A stretch of DNA of 64,000 bases. Origin: Candidatus Anderseniibacteriota bacterium. GTDB taxonomy: Bacteria > Patescibacteriota > Andersenbacteria > UBA10190. The notes under the pieces were generated by a model that saw only the letters and a list, made by a program, of their open reading frames with translations, searched no databases and was not told the origin of the DNA. A program made the position numbers and the translations under genes. Below, one piece after another: positions 25,240 to 34,932 of this stretch (positions are counted from its first letter, which is position 1; each line of letters opens with the position of its first letter). The stretch covers positions 70,305 through 134,304 of the forward strand of contig JACPWO010000004.1 in NCBI GenBank assembly GCA_016197005.1, written 5' to 3'.

Positions 25240-27843
25240 ATGAATTCATATGTACTCGGTTTTCAGGAAATCGATAAAACAAAACTTGCAATGGTCGGGG
25301 GTAAAGGCGCCAATCTTGGGGAACTATTCAAGATTAAGGGGATAAAAGTGCCAGAGGGCTTTTGCGTTACTACCGAAGCGTATAAAAAAATAACCGAAAA
25401 TAATCAGAGGTTTAATCACTTGCTGGATGAATTAACGCGTCTTAAGGCAGAAGAGAGAGCAACTATCAGCGCAATCAGTGCCAAAATCCGAAAGGTCATC
25501 GAAGAAACAGCTATTCCAAAAGGCATCAGTAATGACGTTATCCATCATCTTAAACAACTTAGTGAAAAAAATACCTACGCAGTACGATCCAGCGCAACCG
25601 CGGAGGATTTACCGACGTCCTCCTTTGCAGGTCAGCAGGATACATATTTAAACGTAATCGGGAAGGAGGCAATCCTAAAGCATATCAGCAAGTGCTGGGC
25701 ATCGCTCTTTACGAACCGAGCGGTGATTTACCGAATGCAGAATGGTTTCGACCACGGCCGAGTATATCTTTCCGTGGTCATCCAGAAAATGATTTTTCCG
25801 CAGGCGGCGGGAATCATGTTTACTGCAGATCCTGTCACAGGCAACAGGAAGATTGTGTCTATAGATGCCAGCTTCGGACTTGGTGAAGCACTGGTTTCGG
25901 GCGTGGTGAATGCTGATAACTACAAAGTGCGTGATGGTAAAATTATCGATAAGAAGATCCCGGCCAAGAAAGTGGCCATCTACGCACTCAAAGAAGGCGG
26001 CACGAAAGAAGAAGAGATAGGGTCCGATAAGCAGAACGCACAAACACTTATGGACGAACAGATTGTAGAGCTTGAGCGCATAGGCAGAACCATCGAAGCG
26101 CATTTCGGTCGTCCCCAGGACATCGAATGGTGTCTGGCTGATGATGTTTTTTCTATTGTCCAGAGTCGGTCGATCACAACGTTATTCCCGATCCCGGAAG
26201 CGACTGATCAGAAAAATCACGTCTATGTATCAGTCGGTCATCAACAGATGATGACTGACGCCATGAAGCCGCTCGGACTCTCCATGTGGCAGTTACTGGC
26301 CGCTCGCCCCATGTACACAGCCGGCGGACGGTTATTTGTGGATGTCGCGGAACAACTGGCTTCGCCTGCCGGCAGAAACATTCTCGTTAATGTTCTGGGC
26401 AAATCCGATCCGCTGATGAAAGATATATTCACGACTCTCCTGGAGAGGGGACATGTACAGGCTCAGACGGAAGAGATCTCGGCAACCCCCGCGAAAGGTC
26501 CTCCGCTTCCGGATTATCGGACACTGAAGCAGTACGATCCGGCAATCGTGCATGAGTTGATAGAGCGCAGTCAGACATCCATAGATCAGTTGAAGAAGAC
26601 CATTCACACAAAAGAAGGAGTGAATGTCGTGGAGTTCATTCTGGAAGATATCCAGAAGTTACGGCAGTTTATATCCAATCCGCAAAATTTCGGGGCGATT
26701 ATGACGGCTATGAATGCGGCCTCGTGGATCAATGAAAAAATGATGGAGTGGTTGGGTGAAAAAAATCTGGCAGACACACTGTCGCAATCCGTCCCGCACA
26801 ATGTCACAGCGGAAATGGGTCTGGCGCTCCTGGATATCGCAGATGCCATTCGTTCGTACCCGGCAGTTATTGAGTATCTGCAACAGGTGAACGATGACAG
26901 TTTTCTGGATGGGCTCATGGGGTTTGACGGAGGGAAGCATGCTCGTGATGTTCTTTCTGATTTTCTCCGTACATACGGCATGCGGTGTGTCGGGGAGATC
27001 GATATCACTAGAACCCGTTGGAGTGAAAAACCGACGACGCTTCTCCCTGTTATTCTTAGTAACATTAAAAACTTTGAACCCGGTGAAAGTAAGCGGAAGT
27101 TTGAGCAGGGGCGGGAGGAAGCAATGAAAAAAGAACAGGAATTAATCGAGCGATTGAAACAGCTGCCCGATGGCAAGGAAAAAGCGCAGGAAACAAAACG
27201 CATGATCGACCTGGTTCGGAATCTGGCCGGTTATCGTGAATATCCAAAATACGCCATTGTCAGTTGTTACTTCGTGTACAAGCAAGCCTTGATGAAAGAA
27301 GCCGAGCGCCTGGTGCAGGCACATGTCATTCAGGACAAACAAGATATTTATTATCTCACTATCCAGGAACTGCGTGATGCGATGCGCACACAGACAGCGG
27401 ATCAAGAGCTCATCAACAAGCGAAAAGACGAGTTCGCATTCTACGAGAAAATCACGCCGCCCCGCGTGATGACATCCGAGGGGGAAATTGTGACAGGCAG
27501 CTACAATCGGGAAAATCTCCCGGCCAATGCCATTGTCGGTCTGCCTGTTTCTTCAGGGGTCATCGAAGGACGTGCCCATGTCATCTTCCGCATAGAAGAT
27601 GCCGATCTGGAAGAGGGAGACATATTGGTCACTCCTTTTACGGACCCTAGCTGGACACCATTGTTCCTATCCATAAAAGGCTTGGTCACTGAAGTGGGCG
27701 GACTGATGACCCACGGAGCAGTGATCGCACGTGAATATGGCTTACCGGCAGTTGTCGGAGTAGAAAATGCTACCAAACTGATAAAAGATGGGCAACGAAT
27801 TCGCGTGCACGGAACAGAAGGGTATGTAGAAATCCTGATTTAG
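25240..27843 (+). CDS. rph: Rifamycin-inactivating phosphotransferase
   Basis: ATP-grasp (GGKGANLGEL, RSSATAED, FAGQQDT), central domain with VGHQQMMTD, C-terminal swivel His (LMTHGAVIAREYG); 867 aa. Confidence 0.9.
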   Translation: MNSYVLGFQEIDKTKLAMVGGKGANLGELFKIKGIKVPEGFCVTTEAYKKITENNQRFNHLLDELTRLKAEERATISAISAKIRKVIEETAIPKGISNDVIHHLKQLSEKNTYAVRSSATAEDLPTSSFAGQQDTYLNVIGKEAILKHISKCWASLFTNRAVIYRMQNGFDHGRVYLSVVIQKMIFPQAAGIMFTADPVTGNRKIVSIDASFGLGEALVSGVVNADNYKVRDGKIIDKKIPAKKVAIYALKEGGTKEEEIGSDKQNAQTLMDEQIVELERIGRTIEAHFGRPQDIEWCLADDVFSIVQSRSITTLFPIPEATDQKNHVYVSVGHQQMMTDAMKPLGLSMWQLLAARPMYTAGGRLFVDVAEQLASPAGRNILVNVLGKSDPLMKDIFTTLLERGHVQAQTEEISATPAKGPPLPDYRTLKQYDPAIVHELIERSQTSIDQLKKTIHTKEGVNVVEFILEDIQKLRQFISNPQNFGAIMTAMNAASWINEKMMEWLGEKNLADTLSQSVPHNVTAEMGLALLDIADAIRSYPAVIEYLQQVNDDSFLDGLMGFDGGKHARDVLSDFLRTYGMRCVGEIDITRTRWSEKPTTLLPVILSNIKNFEPGESKRKFEQGREEAMKKEQELIERLKQLPDGKEKAQETKRMIDLVRNLAGYREYPKYAIVSCYFVYKQALMKEAERLVQAHVIQDKQDIYYLTIQELRDAMRTQTADQELINKRKDEFAFYEKITPPRVMTSEGEIVTGSYNRENLPANAIVGLPVSSGVIEGRAHVIFRIEDADLEEGDILVTPFTDPSWTPLFLSIKGLVTEVGGLMTHGAVIAREYGLPAVVGVENATKLIKDGQRIRVHGTEGYVEILI

Positions 27844-27871
27844 TGAAAAGTAAGTGTATCGATAATTCCCT

Positions 27872-28486
27872 ATGACTAATCGTACCGTCAGAATTTTACT
27901 TCTCGAAGATGATATCCAAACTGTCGCTGCTTTGACGCACTATTTGACCTTACTGGAAGAGGAGATGAGCGCACAGAATATGGATATGTCCCTTGTCGTC
28001 TTATCTGAGTACTCAATGGTTGAGGAGTATATTAACCCTGATGCCAAGCATACCTACGATGTTGTTCTGCTTGACCGGGATTGCAAGATGGGTGGCTCAT
28101 TCCATGCGCTTGATTTTGAGAAGTTTGGTGTCGAGAACATTATCGCTATCTCTTCCACCCCGCAATGGAATGAAGAAGCCCAAGCCCGCAGCATAACGCG
28201 CGTGGTCTGGAAGGATTATGAGAATATCTACGGGTTTGCCGACAAAGTCATGCGCGAGATCCGGGATGTGCTCAAGCTGCCGCAGCCAACTGAAGGCACC
28301 GCGGCTAGTGAGCCGCTGTTTAAACAGGCAGTAGGAATTGTCAGGGAATCTGGGAAAGCCTCGGCGGCTTTACTCCAGCGGCGCCTGCGAGTCGGGTACG
28401 CTCGGTCAGCGCGTCTGTTGGATTTAATGGAAGACGAAGGCGTAATTGGCCCAGCGGAAGGCAATGAGCCGAGGAAAATTTTGTAG
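27872..28486 (+). CDS. Receiver-like domain fused to FtsK gamma domain
   Basis: ILLLEDD...VVLLDRD; C-terminal ASAALLQRRLRVGYARSARLLDLMEDEGVIGP...PRKIL. Confidence 0.8.
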   Translation: MTNRTVRILLLEDDIQTVAALTHYLTLLEEEMSAQNMDMSLVVLSEYSMVEEYINPDAKHTYDVVLLDRDCKMGGSFHALDFEKFGVENIIAISSTPQWNEEAQARSITRVVWKDYENIYGFADKVMREIRDVLKLPQPTEGTAASEPLFKQAVGIVRESGKASAALLQRRLRVGYARSARLLDLMEDEGVIGPAEGNEPRKIL

Positions 28487-28488
28487 CC

Positions 28489-29214
28489 ATGATATCGCCG
28501 CCTAAATACACTCTCGACAAGATACGGTTTGCCACAGACCAGCCAACTTTTGAAAAAGCAGTTGAGTTATACGAAAACGGCAAGGTGACGCAATTTCAGG
28601 AGGAAATAAGTTCATATTCAGCAATGGTTGTAGGCACCAAGCCATACCGAGTGTTTGTTGAAGCACGCCAGTTTAATTTAGGTCACTGCGACTGCTACCT
28701 GGGTCAGAACGATACGCTGTGCAAGCACATGGTGGCAGTGGCGATCTATGCAGTGCAGGATGGCAAGCCGCTTGCATCAGAAGACAAACACGTGATCAGC
28801 ACTCCCATATGCAGCGGCCGGCTGGGGGAGTTGAGCAAGGAGGAATTGGCAGCAACAAAGAAAGCCATTACGGCCGCCCTGCAGTACATCAAGCCGTACG
28901 ACGGCCCGTCGCGCATCTGGTTCGCCTATCAAAATTCGCTGTCCGAAGGATGCAATCGCCTGTCAGCCATGGTGGCCGGGTTGCCGGTGAGCGAGCAGAC
29001 GGCAGGCCTGCTGGTGAACATGCTGCTGCGGCTGGATAAGAAATTATGCACGGGCGGCGTGGATGATTCAGATGGCACGGTGGGAGGGTTTATTAAAGAG
29101 ACGGTGCAGATGCTGAAGGAGTATGAAAAACTTGACCCGGCTTGTGCTAAAGCATTCCAGAAACTCAAGGGCAAGGAGACGTGTTTTGGCTGGGAGGAAC
29201 CGCTGTTAGGATGA
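28489..29214 (+). CDS. SWIM zinc-finger protein
   Basis: CDC...CKH. Confidence 0.85.
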   Translation: MISPPKYTLDKIRFATDQPTFEKAVELYENGKVTQFQEEISSYSAMVVGTKPYRVFVEARQFNLGHCDCYLGQNDTLCKHMVAVAIYAVQDGKPLASEDKHVISTPICSGRLGELSKEELAATKKAITAALQYIKPYDGPSRIWFAYQNSLSEGCNRLSAMVAGLPVSEQTAGLLVNMLLRLDKKLCTGGVDDSDGTVGGFIKETVQMLKEYEKLDPACAKAFQKLKGKETCFGWEEPLLG

Positions 29215-29305
29215 GGTCGATGCGCGGGTGTACCTACTGGGAGTCGTGAGAATGTGAAGCACTCCGCGCCTTTATTCCACCGCTAAAGGTGTTACGCTAA
29301 AAACT

Positions 29306-31438
29306 ATGTTTGAAGGATTGATTAATGTGTTGCTCCCCACCCTCCAGCATTTTTCAGTGCTCGGCTATTGGATTGTCCTTCTCGTTGCCTTGCTAGAGTC
29401 ACTCGTTTTAGTCGGCATATTCATACCAGGCACCGTCCTGGTAGTCTTGGCTGGTTTTTTAGCAGCCAAGGGTTACTTAGACATAGGGGATTTGATTTGG
29501 TTTGCAGCCATTGGTGCCATCCTCGGTGACGGCATTAGTTTTTACCTCGGCAAGAAAGGCACGCACCTCTTTCGTCCTAATAGCAAACTGTTCAAACTTT
29601 CCTATTTAGAAAAAGGCGAGCAGTTCTTAAAAAGACACGGTACCAAAAGTGTCTTCTTTGGCCGCTTCCTGGGCCCCATTCGTCCCATTAGTCCGTTTGT
29701 GGCGGGCATGTTCAAAATGGACGCCAAGCGCTTTTACTTCTGGAATGTCCTGAGTGCTTTCGCCTGGGCAGTGTTGTATGTACTCCTAGGCTACTTCTTC
29801 GGCCAAGCCTGGCAGGTTATCGCCACCTGGTCGACCAGAATCGGATTCTTTATTCTATCAGTTTTTATATTTCTCATTGTTGTCTATGCGTTGCGGTGGT
29901 TGGTCATCCGCAAAGGCAAGCATATTTTTTTATTTATAGTTTCCCTGTTGCGTTCCATTCAGCAGGCAGTTGTTCATACTCCCGATATTCAAAAACTGGT
30001 AGCCCGGCATCGCCGACTGTTTGGTTTTCTCAAGAACCGCTTAACACGGCAACGCTTTAACGGTCTGCCATTGACACTCTTGCTGGCAGCCTTCATCTAC
30101 ACTTTCATTCTGTTCTTTGGTCTCATCGAGGATTTTCTGACAGCCGACCCCATTGTGGCGATTGATACCCGCTTGGCCAATCTGCTATATGTTTTTCGCA
30201 GCCCTGAACTAGTCAGTATTTTCCTATGGGTTACTCTGCTCGGCAAATCACTCATCGTTATTGTCCTTGCCCTGATGGCTACGATTGTGTTGTGGCTGTG
30301 GCGAAAGCGAGAATATGTACTGCCGCTCTGGCTAGCTATTATTGGCAGCCAAATTGTGACGTTCATAGGCAAGTTATCGCTGCATCGAACCCGGCCCGAG
30401 GGATTAGTGCCAGTCTACATTGAAAATTCATATTCGTTCCCCAGCGGCCACGCTACAATCGCCGTCGCTTTTTACGGCTTTCTCATCTATATCCTATGGC
30501 GAAATACCAAGAGCTGGGCATACAAGATTAATATCCTTTTTGCCGGACTGGTGCTCATAGCGGCGATTGGCTTCAGCCGCCTGTACCTTGGCGTTCACTT
30601 TTTGAGCGATGTGTTGAGCGGGTATCTCCTGGGTTTGCTGTGGCTGATTATCAGTGTGAGCATTGTGGAGTGGCAAAAATCGCGCCGAGTTACTCCAACT
30701 ATTTCAACTACCAGACCAGCCTGGATAATGGGCTACGCCTGCCTGGCGATCGCCCTGATTGCGTATGGCGGTTATGCCTGGTCGTATCACCCTCAACTCA
30801 CACCTACAACTGCCGAGCAAACAGCATTTCCGCTGATCGTTGATGAAAATAGTTTGGGAGCCACCTTTGAACAGAACAAATTGCCAAAGTTTACTGAGAC
30901 ACTGACTGGCAATCCTCAGGAGCCGCTGAGTTTTATGATGCTTGCCACTGATGACACGCAGTTGGTGAAGGCTTTTGAAAAGGCCGGGTGGTATCTGGCA
31001 GACCCTGTCACGGTTTCGTCCGTAACCAGCATAGCTCACGCAGCCTTGTCGAAGACAAGCTATAATACCGCCCCCATGACGCCTTCGTTTTGGAATAGCC
31101 AGGTTCACGGTTTTGGTTTTGAGAAGCCGACCGTCGATAAGGTGGTGAGTGAGCGACACCATGCCCGCTTTTGGAAAACCAATCTGCGAACACCCGATGG
31201 CAAAACAGTCTATGTGGGCACCGCCAGCTTCGACACCAGCATTAAATGGTTGGTGACGCATAAAATCCAACCGGACATAGATACGGAACGGGATCGGTTG
31301 CTTGAAGATTTGAGACAGGCGGGCGTTGTTCGTGACTATCAGGAACAGCAGTTTGTCAGTCCCACCTTGGGCAAGAACTTTTCGGGTGACCAGTTTTTTA
31401 CCGATGGAAAAACCTATATTCTTGACCTTATAGATTGA
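29306..31438 (+). CDS. DedA + PAP2 phosphatase + LssY C-terminal membrane protein
   Basis: ESLV..G.FIPG, GRF; RTRP, SFPSGH, SRLYLGVHF; RHHARFW, THKI.PDID.ERD. Confidence 0.9.
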   Translation: MFEGLINVLLPTLQHFSVLGYWIVLLVALLESLVLVGIFIPGTVLVVLAGFLAAKGYLDIGDLIWFAAIGAILGDGISFYLGKKGTHLFRPNSKLFKLSYLEKGEQFLKRHGTKSVFFGRFLGPIRPISPFVAGMFKMDAKRFYFWNVLSAFAWAVLYVLLGYFFGQAWQVIATWSTRIGFFILSVFIFLIVVYALRWLVIRKGKHIFLFIVSLLRSIQQAVVHTPDIQKLVARHRRLFGFLKNRLTRQRFNGLPLTLLLAAFIYTFILFFGLIEDFLTADPIVAIDTRLANLLYVFRSPELVSIFLWVTLLGKSLIVIVLALMATIVLWLWRKREYVLPLWLAIIGSQIVTFIGKLSLHRTRPEGLVPVYIENSYSFPSGHATIAVAFYGFLIYILWRNTKSWAYKINILFAGLVLIAAIGFSRLYLGVHFLSDVLSGYLLGLLWLIISVSIVEWQKSRRVTPTISTTRPAWIMGYACLAIALIAYGGYAWSYHPQLTPTTAEQTAFPLIVDENSLGATFEQNKLPKFTETLTGNPQEPLSFMMLATDDTQLVKAFEKAGWYLADPVTVSSVTSIAHAALSKTSYNTAPMTPSFWNSQVHGFGFEKPTVDKVVSERHHARFWKTNLRTPDGKTVYVGTASFDTSIKWLVTHKIQPDIDTERDRLLEDLRQAGVVRDYQEQQFVSPTLGKNFSGDQFFTDGKTYILDLID

Positions 31439-31506
31439 TTTTTAAATATAGTTGTCGAGGAGCGTTTGAAACTTGTGGTTCAGGAAAAATGAGGCATGAT
31501 AGAGGT

Positions 31507-32139
31507 ATGAGGATATTCACTGTTTACTTGGTTAGTCTACTTGCCCTGGTTGGTCCTCTGCCAATCTATGCTCAAGCACAACAGGCCGCTGACCACACCA
31601 CCCGTGAAGAAGCTGAAGGCAAAGAAGTCTGGCAACAACTTCAAGACAAGCAACTTACGTGCGACACCCTCTCCGATGAGCAGTTTGCTGCCCTCGGCGA
31701 ATACTTCATGGGGCAAATGATGGGCGACTCCCACGCCGCCATGAACCAAATGATGATCAACATGATGGGTGAAGAGGGCGAGGAACAAATGCATGTGGTC
31801 ATGGGCAAGCGCCTCTCCGGCTGCGACCCTGCGGCTGCCTACCCGAACAGCGGCACCGGCTTCATGCCCATGATGAACATGATGATGGGAGGTGGCTTTA
31901 ATATGATGAACTGGAATGGATGGGGGTCAGGCATGCCCTTCTTCGGCGGCGGTATCTTCATGATCCTGTGGTGGGTGCTCATCATTGGAGGCATTGTATT
32001 TCTGGGGCGGTGGATGATGATGGGTCAGGGAATGATGCACCACAAAGGCACATCCGCGCTGGATATTCTCAAGGAACGCTACGCCAAAGGCGAGATCAGC
32101 AAGCAAGAGTTTGACGACAAGAAAAAGGACATTTCGTGA
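31507..32139 (+). CDS. Met-rich membrane protein with SHOCT domain
   Basis: Signal peptide, MGQMMG/MMNMMM, TM helix, ALDILKERYAKGEISKQEF. Confidence 0.85.
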   Translation: MRIFTVYLVSLLALVGPLPIYAQAQQAADHTTREEAEGKEVWQQLQDKQLTCDTLSDEQFAALGEYFMGQMMGDSHAAMNQMMINMMGEEGEEQMHVVMGKRLSGCDPAAAYPNSGTGFMPMMNMMMGGGFNMMNWNGWGSGMPFFGGGIFMILWWVLIIGGIVFLGRWMMMGQGMMHHKGTSALDILKERYAKGEISKQEFDDKKKDIS

Positions 32140-32153
32140 GGGGGGTGATCTGT

Positions 32154-32315
32154 ATGGATAAATGTTCAAAGTGTGGCATGGATACAGAAGGATTCAAATG
32201 CGACATGTGTGGAGTAGAATCAGCGACTCATGATGAGAATCATGAGCATGGCGGTGAGCACTGTATGCCGAAGTGTAAGGCCTGCTCACAAGCGCAGGTC
32301 AAATGTACGTGTTGA
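32154..32315 (+). CDS. 53-aa Cys/His-rich microprotein (below ORF-track cutoff)
   Basis: MDKCSKCGMDTEGFKCDMCGVESATHDENHEHGGEHCMPKCKACSQAQVKCTC; SD GGGGGTGA; fills the intergenic gap. Confidence 0.8.
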   Translation: MDKCSKCGMDTEGFKCDMCGVESATHDENHEHGGEHCMPKCKACSQAQVKCTC

Positions 32316-32324
32316 AGAAGGTGT

Positions 32325-32555
32325 ATGAAAGTTATTGTTCAGATGCACCCAGGCTCAAGTCAGGCTAAGGTTGAGAAAATTGATGAGGGGAACTACAAGG
32401 TGTGGGTGCGTGCTATTCCAGAGAAGGGAAAAGCTAATGCGGAAATGCTTGAGTTACTAGCTGATCGTTTCCACGTAGCAAAATCTTCTATCCGTATCGT
32501 GATTGGCAAAACTGCCCGCGAGAAGTTAGTTGAGATTATTGGAGGAGGTAAGTAA
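32325..32555 (+). CDS. DUF167/YggU-family protein
   Basis: P.S...KVWVRAIPEKGKAN...GKTAREK. Confidence 0.9.
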   Translation: MKVIVQMHPGSSQAKVEKIDEGNYKVWVRAIPEKGKANAEMLELLADRFHVAKSSIRIVIGKTAREKLVEIIGGGK

Positions 32556-32558
32556 TAT
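32530..32558 (+). promoter_or_regulatory. Sigma70-type promoter of the ncRNA
   Basis: TTGAGA-17-TAATAT; predicted +1 ~32565 matches the first base of the closing stem. Confidence 0.65.
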
Positions 32559-32564
32559 CAGCTT

Positions 32565-32720
32565 GGAGTAGTGAGAGTTGGTATTCTTTAGCCAAAAGCT
32601 TTAGACAGTGTTGTGTACTAAGTCCGCCATCCGTCTAAAGTGCGGTGGATTTGCCCAGCGGGGTAAAGGGTGCGGTGAAAAGCAACAGTGGCTCACGGGT
32701 GTACCAAGAGTGCTACTCCA
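32565..32720 (+). ncRNA. ~156-nt structured ncRNA, 6S RNA candidate
   Basis: 5'/3' pairing GGAGTAGT/GCTACTCC, TTGGTA/TACCAA, AGCCA/TGGCT; own promoter and terminator. Confidence 0.65.
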
Positions 32721-32724
32721 GCAA
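32687..32724 (+). repeat. 38-bp direct repeat, copy 1 (ncRNA 3' end; attL-like)
   Basis: AGTGGCTCACGGGTGTACCAAGAGTGCTACTCCAGCAA. Confidence 0.95.
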
Positions 32725-32727
32725 AAT

Positions 32728-32750
32728 GCTCCCAGATCGGGAGTTTTTTG
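32728..32750 (+). terminator. Intrinsic terminator after the ncRNA
   Basis: GCTCCC-agatc-GGGAGT followed by T-tract. Confidence 0.8.
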
Positions 32751-32777
32751 TTACGGAAGTATTTTGATGTGTCGATG

Positions 32778-33122
32778 TTAGTTTTTGTAGAAATACGCAA
32801 ACAGTGTGGCGAGCACCAGGAAGACAACGATTCCTGCCAGTACCGCTTTGGTTGGCCCGACTCGGGGCGCCAACAGCGCAATCACCGCCATGTATGGCAG
32901 CCAGGCAACGATCGTGCCAATCAGCACAAACCAGGCGTGCCTCGATACGGCTTGCGATCCGTCTAATCTGCCAATGAAAAGATACGAGAGCCACGTGAAT
33001 ACCGGAAAGAGTGCGGCCAATCGAGAGAGGAGTGGTAGCCCGCTGGCTTCAAAATAGACGATGCTAGTCGTTACTGCTCCACCGACCACGAAAGCAAAAA
33101 GATACTCGAACATTAAGGTCAT
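32778..33122 (-). CDS. Small 4-TM membrane protein (DUF3147/GlpM-like)
   Basis: FVVGG...LAALFP; hydrophobic helices. Confidence 0.7.
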   Translation of the reverse strand: MTLMFEYLFAFVVGGAVTTSIVYFEASGLPLLSRLAALFPVFTWLSYLFIGRLDGSQAVSRHAWFVLIGTIVAWLPYMAVIALLAPRVGPTKAVLAGIVVFLVLATLFAYFYKN

Positions 33123-33169
33123 TATAGCCCAAGTGTGATTTTATTTGGGCGGTTCCGTTGAGGAGGCTT

Positions 33170-33934
33170 CTAATCTTGGCAAAGATTTTGCTCAACTGTC
33201 AGATCCCGGAGCGAAAGGAGAAACAACTTTTCATACGCTTGCGCCATTGATTCAGGGTAGTACTTGAGCGGGCAGACCTGCGTGTAGTATTTAGGCTGAT
33301 CATTGAACGCGCCTGTGTCCCACAAAAAGTTTTTCTCAGCAGCGTCATACACCGCGAAGTTCCAGTTGTGGGCGTTGACTGAACCGGTCGTGTAGCCAAT
33401 GAGCTCCCCGGCTGCCATTGCCAGAGGAGTTTTGAACAAATCCGTGCGAGAGTCGTTTCTAGGCGAAGTAGGAAATAGCTGACGAATCTTTTCCACCGGT
33501 TCGGTGACGTGATCAAACACAACGGTCACGCCGCAGCCAACATCTATTTCCCACATATAAAACTGGGCGCCTTGTTCGTTGTGGTATGACCCTTGCGTGA
33601 GTCTCCCTGCAGTCGGCATATACAGAGGAACTTTCCCTCTGATATTGATGAGCGTTGTCGGCATTGTCCCTTTGCTGTTCCGAAAAACCGGCGGAATGAT
33701 GGAATCGATCGTGGTGAGGTCGGTAAAGTGGTGGGTAAATGCGGCGGCAGGTTCACAGTCTGCGGATGTTTGAGACGATAAGCCTCGTTGCTCTCCAATA
33801 GCATTTTGCGGAGTATCCCTGACCGGGTGTTGTTCACTCTCCCGAGGCGCTGACGATAAGAAGAACACCGTCCCTATGGCAACGAGCAGGATCGCAGTGG
33901 CGATCAATAGAATGGGTATAATGTTCTTTGGCAT
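33170..33934 (-). CDS. Membrane-anchored hypothetical protein, possibly M23-like fold
   Basis: N-terminal TM; VFDHV, AGELIG, VCP. Confidence 0.65.
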   Translation of the reverse strand: MPKNIIPILLIATAILLVAIGTVFFLSSAPRESEQHPVRDTPQNAIGEQRGLSSQTSADCEPAAAFTHHFTDLTTIDSIIPPVFRNSKGTMPTTLINIRGKVPLYMPTAGRLTQGSYHNEQGAQFYMWEIDVGCGVTVVFDHVTEPVEKIRQLFPTSPRNDSRTDLFKTPLAMAAGELIGYTTGSVNAHNWNFAVYDAAEKNFLWDTGAFNDQPKYYTQVCPLKYYPESMAQAYEKLFLLSLRDLTVEQNLCQD

Positions 33935-33958
33935 AAGCACTATCGGAGCGACGCGCAC

Positions 33959-34720
33959 TCACTGCGTTGCTGGCAATCGCACGTCCGTCCCCGGTGGATA
34001 GCAGAGTTGCGGACCGTCAGGAAACCGGCTGGCATCAAGCAGTCCGCGCAGCTCGTGTTTTCCCTCCCGCGCTACTGTCTGCCAGCTGTCGCGGAGAATC
34101 GGCTGGGCGCTTAAGGCCGCAAACCAGCCGCGAATGTCTGCGGCAGCGTCGGGCGCTAAATACTCAACCCAGCAGGCGTGGCTGCGCGTATACGTGAAGT
34201 TATTGAAGGCGTAGGAAAGTTGAAAGTGATTGTTGTACTCTGTTTCCAGCGCCGTCTGTCCGATGCGCTGTCCTCCCTGGATGCGGCTGCCTACTGCAAG
34301 GTTCGGATCGAGTAGGATATGTTCGTAGAGAAAGACCCATGCCTCGCCGCTCGGCTCATGATTGGTGATGTGAAGCGTGACATTCTGTCCTGGCCGGCCG
34401 TCGTTCGCCGGCTGCGACTGTAGGATTTCTCCATTCGCTACCGCGAAGATCGCGGCATTCGCGCCGAGAGGAATGTCAATGCCGGCGTGCCCGTACTCCG
34501 GTCGGTCTTGAGAGAACCGAACGATGCCAAACGGGTTTACACTGCCGTCGCCCGCCCGGACGTGTTCAATCGCGAAGGGCAGGGCAAGGCCTGCCGGAGG
34601 CGCTTCATTGTTTCCCTCATCCGCGCCACCACGGTTTCGGAATGTTCCCATGAGCGTCACAGCAACAGCCAATGTGGCGACAATGGCTATGATTACCAGC
34701 CAAACTGATCTTGTTTTCAT
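33959..34720 (-). CDS. M23-family metallopeptidase-like exported protein
   Basis: HAGIDI, YEH, NHFQ; N-terminal TM. Confidence 0.75.
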   Translation of the reverse strand: MKTRSVWLVIIAIVATLAVAVTLMGTFRNRGGADEGNNEAPPAGLALPFAIEHVRAGDGSVNPFGIVRFSQDRPEYGHAGIDIPLGANAAIFAVANGEILQSQPANDGRPGQNVTLHITNHEPSGEAWVFLYEHILLDPNLAVGSRIQGGQRIGQTALETEYNNHFQLSYAFNNFTYTRSHACWVEYLAPDAAADIRGWFAALSAQPILRDSWQTVAREGKHELRGLLDASRFPDGPQLCYPPGTDVRLPATQ

Positions 34721-34932
34721 TCTTTTAGCATACACCAGCAGTGGCAGTACGCGGATCAAGCAGGCTTCGTATCTGCTGCAGCGTCACTGACGGTGCAGGG
34801 TAAATCTCTTCCCAGTTCAGGCTTTTGTACTCTTTTATCAGTTCGGAAGATGTCCTACATTGAAAGCCAATGGAACTCGAACTAGAGATAATTCAAGTTT
34901 CGTTTTATATTGGGAAGAAATTAGCTCTAAAT

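Larger units (their letters stand above)
905..29214. mobile_element. Integrative, phage-related island at the ychF 5' end; core 905-11457, cargo to at least ~27.8 kb; right boundary not located
   Basis: Serine integrase overlapping ychF start, replication genes, terminases, tyrosine recombinase, then defence/resistance cargo. End coordinate is approximate. Confidence 0.6.

Noticed and set aside
25240-27843. PEP synthase (ppsA)
   Set aside because: His swivel domain is C-terminal and the pyruvate-binding barrel is absent; the layout is Rph.
29222-29270. CGGGTGTACC similarity to the ncRNA repeat, with a hairpin
   Set aside because: 10-bp match without flanking similarity; too little to call a third att copy.
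11713-32555. Integron: tyrosine recombinase followed by a co-oriented gene array
   Set aside because: No recurring attC-like sites, genes abut or overlap, and the recombinase is short and lacks the IntI insertion.
32565-32724. tRNA or tmRNA reading (7-bp acceptor-like stem, AGTTGGTA)
   Set aside because: No TTCRA T-loop, anticodon arm, CCA or tag ORF.
32825-32835. CAACGATTCCT match to ychF 939-949 as the right att site
   Set aside because: Only 11 bp, inside an intact membrane gene encoding G-I-V; chance codon similarity. The right end of the island remains unlocated.
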